A stretch of DNA of 63,702 nt, counting the filler, from Phoronis australis (lineage: Eukaryota > Animalia > Phoronida), in the NCBI GenBank assembly GCA_002633005.1. It is 5 parts of 5 records of this genome, joined end to end, with 100 filler letters (N's around TTAATTAATTAA, not from the genome) between each part and the next. Parts side by side here need not be neighbours in the genome. Positions count along the whole stretch, not along the records: positions 21,744 to 39,281 come from NMRA01000650.1; positions 39,382 to 53,114 come from NMRA01000169.1; 3 more parts are not named here. One strand, given 5' to 3'. Made by a program: the position numbers and the translations under genes. How positions within the stretch are numbered: position 1 is the stretch's first letter; each line of letters opens with the position of its first letter. A model generated the notes under the pieces. The model did no database searches. It worked only from the letters and a program-made list of their open reading frames with translations, and was not told the origin of the DNA. Of this stretch, positions 34,435-46,190 are shown piece by piece.

Positions 34435-37400
34435 AGTCCTGCTCTCACACGTTGCTAACCCCTATTACATGGTTAGAGGATGTTATAAGGATCCAAGTAC
34501 TTACCCCATAACTAAGACACAAACCGTACTCGAAAAAAAAATTAAATGAACGCGCCAGTCAAGATTCGCACCCGAAGAACCACCGCCATTTTGAACTTGC
34601 CGCGAACCCGGAAGTACAATTCATTCAGGAACCCAGGCCGAGAAAACGCCGTCAGTGCGACTGGAGCAGTGCCTGTACTGTTACTAGCCAGCAAACGGGG
34701 ATAAAATAATGGACAGGGCGCCATAATTTTAATAAAATCAAACTACGGACAATTTTATTGAATTTGCTGAAGAAATGTGGCGAAAAAACTTTGACAGCAA
34801 TTATTTTGCAAGACTCGGGACCGCAGCTTATCGGACCCGGTGAGGATCGAGACCAGACACTGGCGAACGGTAAATGCATGCGGTTGCAAGATGTTTTGTC
34901 GAAGTAAAATGGTCAAATCATGAATGCTGCATATATTCAAGGGTAGTTTCAGACACTTGCATGAAATTACGGGCTGGTTAGTCCTGTGTCACACAGCCTC
35001 AGTCACCAGCTACAAGTGAAGACTATCGTTAAAATACAGCTTTTTAGTAGGCCTATACAGCTTTTCGCCAAATCTACCCTGAGGCCTAACTGGTCGCTGG
35101 TCAAACAAGGTTTATTTAGAACTTGGGTACTTCTGGCGAACTGTGCAAAGTTGTTGGCTTTCAATAGAGATATTCCCAGACTTTGTATTAGCGCATCAAG
35201 CCTAAAAGAATGTGGGGAGATGGAATTTTTGGGAATGTCTATCTTTTACTATAAGATTCAGTGGGTATGTTCAGAGCTATGAATTGCAGACTCTAAATGT
35301 TGGTACTTCCTGTCTTCTAGTGGAATATTGTCTCGTTTTCTACTTTTTCCGGAATTCGTGCTTCTGTGACTGAGGCAGACCTTTTTCCAGTTCTCCAAAA
35401 AGGGGGCTTGTTCGAGCACATAAGTATGACGAGTCCAATACAACATATTATCATTTTTATTCATTAAGCCAAAATGATTCAAACTTTTAGCATAATAAGT
35501 AACTTAAAATGCCTAATACTTTACAACATTTAGCATTACAAACACTATTCAACAGCAACAGTTTATATGATATGAGAGTGGATATACATGTAACTATTAC
35601 CATGGTGACGGAATAGTGTTTCCTTACACCAGAATTTGACAAGCATCATTTGAAAAAACTATGAAGTTGCAAGGAACAAGAATTAGAGGCTTGAAGCTTC
35701 ACAATCCAACATACATGTAGCTTATATCTCAAATTAAGATTATTCATATTGTTGACTTGATAACCTGAATTAAGAAGCAATAAGTTACAAAACATGACTT
35801 GAAAGCAATTGAGACTTAAAATTTTGAAAAAATGTGAATCATTTTGTAACACCGCATCAAGTCTTGAACAGCAGTTGACAGTCAAACAAAAAATCATTTC
35901 AAAATTATTTCAACTATTTTTTTAGCTTAGTGTAAGATCACCAGAATGGGAAATTTACAGTAAAATAATTCGAATATATCTTATATGTTTGCACAAAAAA
36001 CACGAAAATTGAACAAATTTCTGTTTTTACCAACGTTTGTCAAAATGTATCAACGTCAAATCTTCACAAATTACAAAGTAGCCGATTGAACATGCCTTTC
36101 AGTTCAGCAAAAGTCTCCATGTTGTCAGTGCCGCCAGATATGAGACGAAGTCCAACGGGAATTGTGAGCAAATTTATCACTTAATGAATAACAACTGCGA
36201 GGCTGAGGGTGAACATTGTTAAATCGTACAGAATAGTAAGTAAAGATATGTCTAACTAAATTTCACCGTAATTTTTTTGGCGAAAACAATTAACACAAAG
36301 TTTTTAACTCGTAACGTGTCCCGCTGTCCTCCAATATGGCCCACGCGATCCAAACAAAGTGACCCAAATTTCGCCACAAAACTTGCAATTACATTACACT
36401 GCTTGCCCCGATTTTGATACTTTTTGGATTTTTACTGAGTAGAATGCATGCCTTTCCGATGATAGCAAAGCACTTTTTCAAAACGAGAAAAAATATAAAA
36501 CCGAAAAAAATTGTTTCGCACCCATGTTGGTTCCTAGGTTAGACCTGCCTACGGAGTGAGGAACTAAACACCAATGCTATTTTAATATACTAAGTACGGG
36601 TAATATTCGAAAAAAATCAACGAGCACTAACTACAAACTATAATTACACTGCATATGCAAACGAATCACGAGATATTACTAATGAAACAAAATAATGAAG
36701 ACTTTTCGAGCAAGCCATAGCACATTCAGTTACAAGGAAAAATGGCTGCGTTCAGGACAAGCTCCTGAACTGATGAGCCGGAAATGTGGGTGCGGAAATA
36801 ACCGATGACAGCCGGTAATTATACGCTCACAGAGAAGGGTCAAATACTGTTAAAAATCGCTTTTGGCAAGAAAGGGGAAGAGAATATCAAGAAAGGTTGT
36901 CGAAAATAAGATTTTACATGTATGTAGTAAGTATTTTCGGATTCTGGAACCACATGGGCAGTTTGAGAGAAGGACTTTAATATAGTGAGATATTTAAATT
37001 TTGGTTCGAAATTATTTCCATTATTTTCCAACAAAAAATAATTATTAGCTCATGCAAAACCCATGATCTCATAAAACTGTTGCACGAATCTTTCCTGAAC
37101 ATTTATATAGATACAAATTATAAAACGACGACCGTTTAACCTGGTCAGTACTGATTTAGTGCAATTACGTAATCATTATCGCACGTCTTTGTGAATTTAA
37201 ATGTAGACCAACATCCGGTGACCAACAGCAGTAAGAATGCACACAATGTTAATCACCCGAGACACTGACCTGGTCAGTACAATGTAATCAAATAGAACTC
37301 ATGCAATTCTTAATAAAACGTATTTATTGTGCAAGTTTCCTTCGTGTTGAGTTGTATTCGTAAGGCAGTTTCCACCGGAAGTCAACAGTTTGAATTTTAT

Positions 37401-39000
37401 AACCAACAGGCAACTTCGAAGAAAAAGTCGTGTGTTGGCTAGCCCGCGACAATGAAGTTTACATTACTACGAGCAGAGCCAGCAAGAAGTCATTGCAGAA
37501 GTTTTGGAAGTCAGGTTAGTGCCAGAAAGCGTTCTAAAATCGATTGGCCACAATCCGTGGTGTGATTTCCAACGAACGTGTTAAGTTCAGTTGTTATTGT
37601 CAGCCACTCACGAGTCACGCTGTCACATACCGACATGGACTCATTCTGTGTGTGAATTATGACTGTACTTCGGGAGCAAGTTTTCTGTTATACAGAATTT
37701 GTTGAACACACGACACTTTTCATTTTTCACGGTCTTTATTCTGTTGCGTTCATACTTTCTGAACAAAACTCTACCCTCGCCTGAACATAGATACAGTAAC
37801 TGACCTAGTGACATAATTAAAAAGACACACGATATTTCGAAACATACTTGTTTCATTCTCAAGTGAAGATAAAATGACGCAGTAATGCCACCACAGAGTA
37901 TAAGCTGACGACACACACAGTGAGACACGGCGGGTGTGAAATACTGCAAAGAATGACTAAAGAATTAGGGTAACAGGAAAGTCACGCAAACAAGTGTAAC
38001 GAATGTCCTATGAACGAATGTCTTCGTTCAAACGTCAAACAATGTTACATTGGTCAAACGGTTTGCAGTCTTTCCAGTGTTTGTATTGCTAAATGTTGTA
38101 AAGTATTGTGCGTTTTACCTTACTTATTATGGTAAAAGGTTGAATCATTTTGGCTTAATGAATGAAAAATGATAACAATTTGTATTGGACTTGTCATAGT
38201 TATGTGCTCGAACGAGCCCCCTATTTGGAGAAATGGAAAAGTCTATCTCAGTCAGAGAAGCACGAACTTTGAAAAAAGTAGAAAACGAGACAAAAGACAA
38301 TTAGAAGACAAAGTGTGGGCAAATCTCTGTTGAAAGCCAACAACTTTGCACAGCTCGCCAGAAGATCCTAAGTTTTAATTAAATCTCGTTTGAGTGAGCG
38401 CTTTGACCAGGGACCAGTTAGGCCTAAGTGGTGCCTTGGCACAAAGCTGTATAGGCCCACTAAATAGCTGTATTTTGACGTTAGTCTTCATCCTGGTAGC
38501 TGACGCTGAGGCTAGCTAAACCTAAGGCCAGTGTGACACAGCTCAAAATTTTATGCAAGTGTCTGAAACTACCGTTGAATAGATGCGGCATTGATGATTT
38601 GAACATTTTACTTCTTGCCTTTACAGTTCGCCCGTGTCGTGTCGCGATCCGCACCGGGACCGATAGGCTGCGGTCCCGAGTCCGGCAAAATCATTTCTGT
38701 CAAAATTTGTTCGCCACATTTTTGTCAGCAAACTCGATAAAATTTTCCGTGTTTTGATGTCATTAAAATTAAGGCGCGCTGTCGAGTTTTTTTCCAGGTT
38801 TGCAGGCTGGTAACTGGTACTGCTCCAGTCTAGCCTGGGTTCCTAAATGAATTGTACTTGCGGGTTTGCGGCAAGTTCAAAATGGAGGTGATTCTTCGGG
38901 TGCGAATCGTGAGATGCGCGTTAATTTAAACTTTTTTCTAGTACTGATCTTGTATTAGTTAGGCATGTAATAGGGGTTAATCACGTGTGGTACTTGGACT
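34435..39000. mobile_element. TTAA-bounded 4.57-kb unit with ~1-kb diverged inverted arms (34435-~35565 and ~38055-39000), Kolobok-like termini
   Basis: TTAA|AGTCC at the left and GGACT|TTAA at the right. The arms are colinear in reverse complement, e.g. GATTCGCACCCGAAGAA.CACC.CCATTTTGAACTTGCCGC and TCATTAAGCCAAAATGATTCAA. Confidence 0.7.
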
Positions 39001-39072
39001 TTAAGAGCTCACATCAAAGGCATATGTAACTACTAGTGGAATGGCTCATAATTGTCCGTTTCCTCTGGTTAC

Positions 39073-39281
39073 CTGGTCACACTTTACATGCGTTTTCGTT
39101 CTCGCCTTCTCGCCTTCAATTCAGCACTTAAATCCCTCCTATCCCACGAGCCCCACATTTATTTTTGGACTCACAAGGGAGGTTTCTGGGCTAACCCCAA
39201 CCACCTCTACCGCCCCGACGGCATCCACTTTAACCACTCTGGCCTTCATAAACACGCCTTCAGCATTCGCGTGGCCATCGG
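39073..39281 (+). mobile_element. SGNH-hydrolase C-terminal fragment of the kind carried by retroelements; cut by the gap
   Basis: LAFNSALKSLL...IYFWTHKGGFW....LYRPDGIHFNHSGLHK contains the DGxH block V motif. Confidence 0.65.
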
Positions 39282-39381
39282 NNNNNNNNNNNNNNNNNNN
39301 NNNNNNNNNNNNNNNNNNNNNNNNNTTAATTAATTAANNNNNNNNNNNNNNNNNNNNNNNNNNNNNNNNNNNNNNNNNNNN
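39282..39381. other. Assembly gap spacer N44-TTAATTAATTAA-N44
   Basis: Read directly. Confidence 0.97.
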
Positions 39382-39575
39382 CCGTTATGGTTTAGGGTCG
39401 AAACGAGTCGAGGAAGCTGGATGCCATCTGACGACATCAAGCTACGCTTACAACTAGTTAGTGTACGGCGGGTAGAAGAGAATCCTGGTTTAGCTGTTAC
39501 GAAGAAGGGGCGACAAGACATCAGACTGCATAGAAGCCTGACAACTATTGAGGCAGATAACATCACTGTAAGTAC

Positions 39576-41581
39576 ACACACAAACCAGTGCTTGTGTATT
39601 TATAGCCTAATGCATTGTTCTGGAACTTTTTATCAATTTAAGCACATTGTAGAACTTTCCTGAATCTACCCAACCATTCTACAAACATATACTAGTCTCT
39701 AGAATATTCCAGACTGCATTAATCACTGTCATGCTAGAGTCTTCTAGAAAGTTCCCCACTATACTGCAGTAAACAAATTACATCTGTTCATCACTAATAA
39801 ACTTAGTCTACTAGAAAGTTCCATACTATTCTGTAGTAAACAAATTACATCATCATTGTACTTAACTCAGGGGTCATGCCAATGAAACAGAATAACAAAA
39901 CAAAACAATACAACTAAAAATACTGTCAGACTATATTCTGACAAGACACCCCTGCCAAAGACAAAATTACTCTATAATTTTCTAACTCAAAATCATCTGG
40001 CATAGATATACATAACGTACTGCTGTATCCACCGCTAAAGTGCTCTCTGACTTACAGTCTCTGCTTGAGCCCTGGTAGTCACTGCTACCATTTCCCTGCT
40101 GGATTCATCAGGATCTGTTCCTACCGACTTGTCGGCCACCTCTTCTACCCCTAGAGTTGAGGTCATTGGGTTCTTCTCTTGGGAAGACTTACCCTTTTGA
40201 GAGTCATCTTTCGGACCCTCCACAAGGCTATTGCCTGTATTGTCCTCGTTGGCAGTTGTTGCTCTCTGCTGTCGCTTAACATCGCCTGGGTCCAAGGCGC
40301 CAGGCACGTCCCCGATAATCAAATCGGCCACTGCACGCTCCATACGCATCGCAAACACTTTTCCTGTGTAGTACGGTGTCTTGATGTTGATCTTTGCGAC
40401 AGGCAGTCATCTCTTGGTAGAGTCCGCCAACTCGCATGACCACTTCCGGCAGGTCAAATCTCCTGGTTCGACTAGACTGGATCGAACCGCAATTGTCGTG
40501 CAGCCTCTGTCTCTCAACACTGAGACCTTCTTCATGCCAACATACCCCTCCTTCACACGCAGCTTTCCTTTGAAGGCGCGTTCAGGGTTAGCATGCTTCA
40601 CCGAATCCTTACTCTGAGAACCTCGGTGGCTGACCGCTGCTGAATTTTGGAGTTGCTTCCCCTGCAGACCCACTTCTTGTCTGAGGGCCATTAACTTCCT
40701 TAGTTGAGATCTTGTCTTCATAGTGAGTTGCTAATTCCAACAGTCCACTTTATCACACCTTGTTACCGTCAGTAAGCTCCTGGCGTGCTCGCCAATTGTC
40801 ACGTTTTTCCCCGTGTGTGGGTGGGGGCAGGTTGTTACAGACCGGTGCTAATAGCTTTCGGTGCGACGATTGACTGAAAACTGGTTCGAGTTAATCCTTT
40901 ATTAATCCCGACCGTACGTTCACAAGCCTACTCAAACAAAACGTCCGACGTAATGTCTGTGTATGCTCCAGCCAATGTTGCGAAGCCTTGACTTGTGATG
41001 AACTTCTGAGACACGTTCAGCAACTGTTACACTGGTTGATTCAATAACCTGCTGTCTCTATAGCTGGCTCTCTATTGACTATCGCTGTAACTGCTGATTC
41101 TCTTCACTGCAACTCAACTGTAGTTCTCCTGATTTACTTTCTTGAACTGCTGCCTTCTGACTTGATCTCCTGAGGAACTGCTGGTTTGATCTGACTTGAT
41201 CTCCCAACTTGATCTTACTAACACAAACCAGTGCTTGTGTATTTATAGCCTGATGCATTGTTCTGGAACTTTTCATCAATTCAAGTACATTCTAGAACTT
41301 TCCTGAATCTACCCAATCATTCTACAAACACATACTAGTCTCTAGAATATTCCAGACTGCATTAATCACTGTCATGCTAGAGACTTCTAGAAAGTTCTAC
41401 ACTATACTGCAGTAAACAAATTACATCATCACTAATAAACTCAGTCTACTAGAAATTTCCATACTATTATGTAGTAAACAAATTACATCATCATTGTATT
41501 TAACTCAGGGGTCATGCCAATGAAACAGAATAACAAAGCAAAACAATACAACTAAAAATACTGTCAGACTATATTCTGACA
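39576..41581 (-). mobile_element. Internally deleted Ty3/Gypsy (Gmr1-like) LTR retrotransposon: 5' LTR 41581-40797, PBS 40794-40777, gag start fused to a protease remnant, PPT, partial 3' LTR 39943-39576
   Basis: The LTR has TGTCA...TGACA termini. PBS TGGCGAGCACGCCAGGAG matches the tRNA-Arg(ACG) complement TGGCGAGCCAGCCAGGAG at 16/18. Protease reads VSVLRDRGCTTIAVRSSLV...TPYYTG...DLIIGDVPGA...AVTTRAQ. GGCAGGGGTGTCT precedes the second TGTCAGAATATAG, and about 365 bp are near-identical between the LTR copies. Confidence 0.88.
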
Positions 41582-42078
41582 CCAAACTACTGTGTTGATC
41601 CGGATTAACCCTTCAAAGAAACTATTGAAGTGCTTCAATGAAACCTTGATCACGTGGGTACATAATGGCACACAGCAGTAGAATCAGTGCAGACATTTGC
41701 GAAAAAGGGCGAAAAGCTTTTCTCACGAGGAAAATTGATTCCCTCCTAAAACTGATCAGAGAAAAAGCCAATGTCATAGTGCAGAACAAGAAAATTTGTG
41801 CCTAATCAAGTCAACGTATGCAGCAGGCTTGAGAGATATTGATCCAGAATAAAGGCCAGAAAAAAATTCATTAGTGAAAAAATTGTGCCCAGAAAACGGC
41901 GAGGGACCCAGTGGCAGATCAAAGATATCGTTAGGAGATATTTTTCATTTTGAATTGTCTGTACAACACACGTACACACATTAAAGTACTTGCTCACGAT
42001 TAATCGCATCATAGTAAAAGTAAATGCACACATTTATTTCCGTGTCATTTTACTTTTTTGCGGCCAAAGGGGGGGGCA

Positions 42079-42224
42079 CAGGGGCGGATCCAGGATTTTG
42101 TGTTTCGGGGGACCAGGCTAGAGTATTAACCAGGATTTTACCTATCAGACATTAGCACCCCCGAACTGACAAATGTAATCCGGGATAATTTTAGGGGGGC
42201 ATGCCCCCACTAAACCCGCCACTG
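42079..42224. mobile_element. hAT-like MITE with 5-bp TSD
   Basis: GGGCA|CAGGGGCGGATCCAG...TAAACCCGCCACTG|GGGCA. Confidence 0.75.
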
Positions 42225-42686
42225 GGGCAGGACCCCTGCCCGGCAACCTTAAATCGGGGACCATTTGAGATGGAACTCTGTCAGAATAATCATTAGATGT
42301 CTTTTTAGTCATACGCGTAGCGCTTGTGACGATGACGCTGTTCTCGAACCGTCATATTCTGAGGAATCCAAAGGATACCCTTCAGAACGTACTGGTCTAC
42401 GTGTACGTATACTTGGGCGGATCCAGGGGTTCAAGGGGTCCCTACCCCCTTTTTCCTTTTTTAGTGATATCAAATCTATAATTTTCAAATTCTTGATGCA
42501 GACTCTCCTTTTAAAAACCCTTTATCCGACCCCTCCCCTTAAAAAATTCTCGGTCTCCCCTGTTGCGTTTGATCATGTGTCGTGCTGGAACTGAATATTG
42601 AAAATAGTCCGCTCCCCCTCTTCTAAAACTGCATCTTAAATGCAAATCACAGCATCACCCAGTTGCACCTATATCGTACAAATCTG

Positions 42687-42923
42687 CCCTGGGTCTGACC
42701 AAGTCTAAAGTTAAACCTGGTTTAAGATACAAGTCTAAGTAATATATTCCTCGTTGGTGAAATGAAAACTGACTTAGACCAGGTCTAAACTGGAGTTAAA
42801 CCAGGCTTTACTAGACCACTGCTCTAGAAGTTAAACCACCTTTATGAAATGCAGATTATCTTTAAACTATGTCTAACTACAGTTTAAACCAGGTTTAACT
42901 TTAAACCACCTTTAAGAAATCGG
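42687..42923. repeat. Cluster of TTAAACCAGGTTTAA and TTAAACCACCTTTA motifs, probable MITE remnant
   Basis: The motif recurs at least five times in both orientations. Confidence 0.55.
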
Positions 42924-43139
42924 ATGTAAATGTGCAACTTTCAGTGTTTACATAATCAGCCTTTTGTGAGCCGGATTTTAAGAAATGTTTTAAATGTCTC
43001 AAGGAAAATACGCGGGGAAATGATTACAGAAACATGGGTAATCATTAGGATATCACTGCTTCCATGTTCCATCACTACATGTTACTTTCATAGCTTTCCA
43101 AGGAAACTGCCATACAACTTGTCCCTTTCCTCATCTCCG

Positions 43140-43700
43140 TCGAGTTGACAAACATCAGTGAGCAAGAGATCAATCAGTGACCACACAGGTTCCACCCTTA
43201 TCCTTCAACACAAGGTTATGGCTGTTCATTCATGAGTTCGCAAGCGCGCTTGTACAAAGCGACACGGTGTTTTACGCGCTGGATGTAAGGTCTTAGTGAA
43301 GAAAGGCACGGGGGAGTCGAGTAAAGTCAATGTTGGACTTGTAAGTGAGAATTTCATCTTCACCAACCATTTTGTGCAACTTCTTGGCACGAGTAGTATC
43401 TATCGGTGACTCACGATTCTGAACGTACATGAGACAGGTGAACTCTTCCAACTCATTCAAAGCTTCAGAATTTACATCCCAATCTACGCCCAGTTGCATG
43501 AATGCACAGTGAAATTTTGAATTCTTTTCTAGTTTTTTAAGGGGCCAACTTTTCCTTTACCTTTGAACGCACTGGTGCAATCTTCTCCAGGGTACACTTA
43601 AACCCAAGTAGAGGTTCACAGAAGTCTTTCCCCAAGCATTTTGCCAGAGATTCATTAGTTACCGATATTTTCCAGACCCTGTATCCAGATATACAGTAAA
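43140..43700 (-). mobile_element. Decayed XPG/FEN1-like nuclease region resembling Academ-type DNA transposon proteins
   Basis: Minus strand VYLDTGSGK...GEDCTSAFKGKGKVGPLK (43588-43535)...AFMQLG..W......LNELEEFTCLMY...IDFTRLP, with stops and frameshifts. Confidence 0.6.
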
Positions 43701-43705
43701 ATTTA

Positions 43706-44156
43706 CCCTAACCCTAACACTCACCCTAACTGTCAGCCTAACGCTAACCCCAACCCCAAACTCAAAGCCCAAACCCAAACCAAACCCCATCCCCAAACCC
43801 AACCCCGTCCTAAATATAACCCTAACCCTAACCCTAAAAACAACCCTAGCCCTAGCCCTAGCCCTAACTCACAACTCTAACCACAATAATAACCCTAACT
43901 CTAACCGTAATCCTAACGCTAACCCTAACCCTAACCCTTTCCCTAACCCTAAACCTAACGCTATCACTAACCCTAACCTTAACCACAACCCTAACCACAA
44001 CCCTAAACCTAAACCTAACCCTAACCCCAATCCTAACCCTAAACCTAACCTTAACCACAACATTAACCTCAACCCTAACCGCAATCCTAACCCTAAACCT
44101 AACCCTAACCTAACCCTAAAACTNTAACCCCTAACCCTTAACCCTAACCCTAACCC
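43706..44156. repeat. Degenerate interstitial telomere-like tract (CCCTAA)n
   Basis: About 450 bp of CCCTAA with variants CCCTAG, CCACAA and ACCTAA; a single n at 44124 makes the true length uncertain. Confidence 0.92.
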
Positions 44157-44826
44157 AGAGATCTTAGTGCAACGGATACTGCTGCTGTCCTATATAATCC
44201 GACAGACGTAAAATTTACTCGCTCCCCAACAACTTCCTGATAAGCTGATTTTCCTCCCTTTCCATAGACTTCGCAGTTGAGATTGTAATTCTGTAAAGTG
44301 ATAGCGGCCATGAGATCTTGGTCAGTGAACGGAATTGATAACACCACCACAACTCGCACTTCTCTGGCAAAGTGCATCCGTTAATCTTCTTCAGGCTTTC
44401 CCTGAACAGGGCCACTGTATCCTCTCGTTTTTGACGTCACTCAGGCTGCTGTAGTACACCTTGTCCAAATTTTTCACTGTCCCAGGGATGGAATCTCTCG
44501 GCTGTTCATCTTAAAGGCTAGGTGCTGGCTCACTTTTCCCTTCATCAAGATCAAGCTTCATGACTTCTGCACTTTGAACTTCATCTTGTGTGTCCCTCTT
44601 CTAGTTTCTTAAACATCCATTCTGCTCCTACCACCGTTGATGTGGTGACTGTCAGGTCATCAACACATGCACAGCACGGGGGAAGGTTATGTTTTGGGAA
44701 CTGAAAATCCCAGTTAGAACAGACGAAAGTGATCTCAAAATAATCATATAGCATTGACCCAATAAATGTGAATCGATCTGTAATTATTACTTTTTCTTAA
44801 TAAAATCAACAACGGGTTTAAACCGA

Positions 44827-44871
44827 CTTGACATGTTTCGGTGTCGTTTATTGAAACACCATCATCACAAG
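44827..44871 (-). ncRNA. Degenerate minimal type I hammerhead motif (core C3 changed to G)
   Basis: Minus strand CTT-GTGATGA-T-GGTGT-TTCAATAAACG-ACACC-GAAA-CATG-TC-AAG: stem I CTT/AAG, 5-bp stem II and a palindromic CAUG loop. Confidence 0.6.
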
Positions 44872-45257
44872 AAGAAAAACACAGTGGCCCACAAGCAATT
44901 ACACAGACACAGTCAGATACAGTTATTTCTTTCTAGATTTCCAGTTTTCTATAGATGAAGGAACGTCTTAGATGGAAACTCGATCTATTAGCTGTAGTGT
45001 TTTTCAAGAGAAGATTTGTTTTGATGAGTTCATGAAGAAAAAGGACCTTGGTTGGCACCAACAACTGTGATCCGTGATAATGTCAGAGGGCTAAAAACAT
45101 AATACACATTTGTACCTTATCTGAAGAAAGTCAAATTTCCCATGATATTTATTACTTAGTAGTCTAGCAGTGCAATTTTTTTATTTGAAAATTCATTATT
45201 CTGTGTAGTCATTGCATTTTCTAAAACTATGCAGTCTTCGTTTGCCTCTAGATTTCC

Positions 45258-45387
45258 TGGATTTATTTAATGTGGATTTATTAAACGTGGACTTATTAAA
45301 CGTGGATTTATTAAACGTTGGTTAATTAAACGTGGATTTATTAAATGTTGATTAATTAAACGTGGATTTATTTAACGTGGATTTATT
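45258..45387 (+). repeat. 15-bp tandem repeat, about 8.7 units
   Basis: Consensus TGGATTTATTAAACG. Confidence 0.9.
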
Positions 45388-45507
45388 ATGTGGGACATTC
45401 ATCATGCTCATTTAGGTTACTGTACAGGTGCATTTGAAATGCTGCCTTGATATTTCGCTCGTCTGACTAGAACTGTATATTACATGTATTTCGTCATGAT
45501 CATTGTT

Positions 45508-45930
45508 AACACCTTCTCATTTGAAATGAGCTTTTCTCAAATAAATGAGCTTCGAAAAAAGGACTTAAATTGAATACTTAATAAGGTATTGCCCAGACAA
45601 TGCCACACTTGCATATTCATTAAACGGTCTACCCTATATATATATATAGGGTATACCACTAGCGTCATTCGTTTGAGTGGTCTATCCTATATATATATAG
45701 GATATACCACTGACGTCAATCGTTGGAGTGGTCTATCCTATATATATATATAGGATAGACCACTCAAGCGAATGACGCTAGTGGTATACCCTATATATAT
45801 ATAGGATAGACCGATTAATGAATTTGCAAGTGTGGCATTGTCTGGGAAATACCTTATTAAGTATTCAATTTAAGTCCTTTTTTCGAAGCTCATTTATTTG
45901 AGAAAAGCTCATTTCAAATGAGAAGGTGTT
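45508..45930. mobile_element. 423-bp near-perfect foldback element with four internal palindromic (TA)n units and a TGTT flanking duplication
   Basis: AACACCTTCTCATTTGAAATGAGC... mirrors ...GCTCATTTCAAATGAGAAGGTGTT with few mismatches; TGTT lies at 45504-45507 and 45931-45934. Confidence 0.85.
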
Positions 45931-46190
45931 TGTTGTGGTTACATTGGTGCATGAAACACTGTTGGGCCATATTTGCCTATAAAGTGTACTGCATTGTTTT
46001 CTCATAACTTATTGGGTGGCGCATAAAAACGTTCAAAGGTTTGTTAGTTGAATAATTTTAAGTAAATATTTTTGAAATTTTGCGCAAGTTAATTTCATAT
46101 GTTTTTGCAATTTTTGGGAATGTTGTTTTCTTTGTTTACTTCAAGCAGGCATTTACATGAATGTATATTTTAGTTTTGTATTAAAAAAGA

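Noticed and set aside
43864-44084. (RV)n and (GL)n ORFs
   Set aside because: These are translations of TTAGGG repeats with no evidence of a gene.
44220-44680. Coding-like minus-strand stretch next to the telomeric tract as a telomere-targeting retroelement
   Set aside because: No RT, endonuclease or gag motif is recognisable and the frames are broken.
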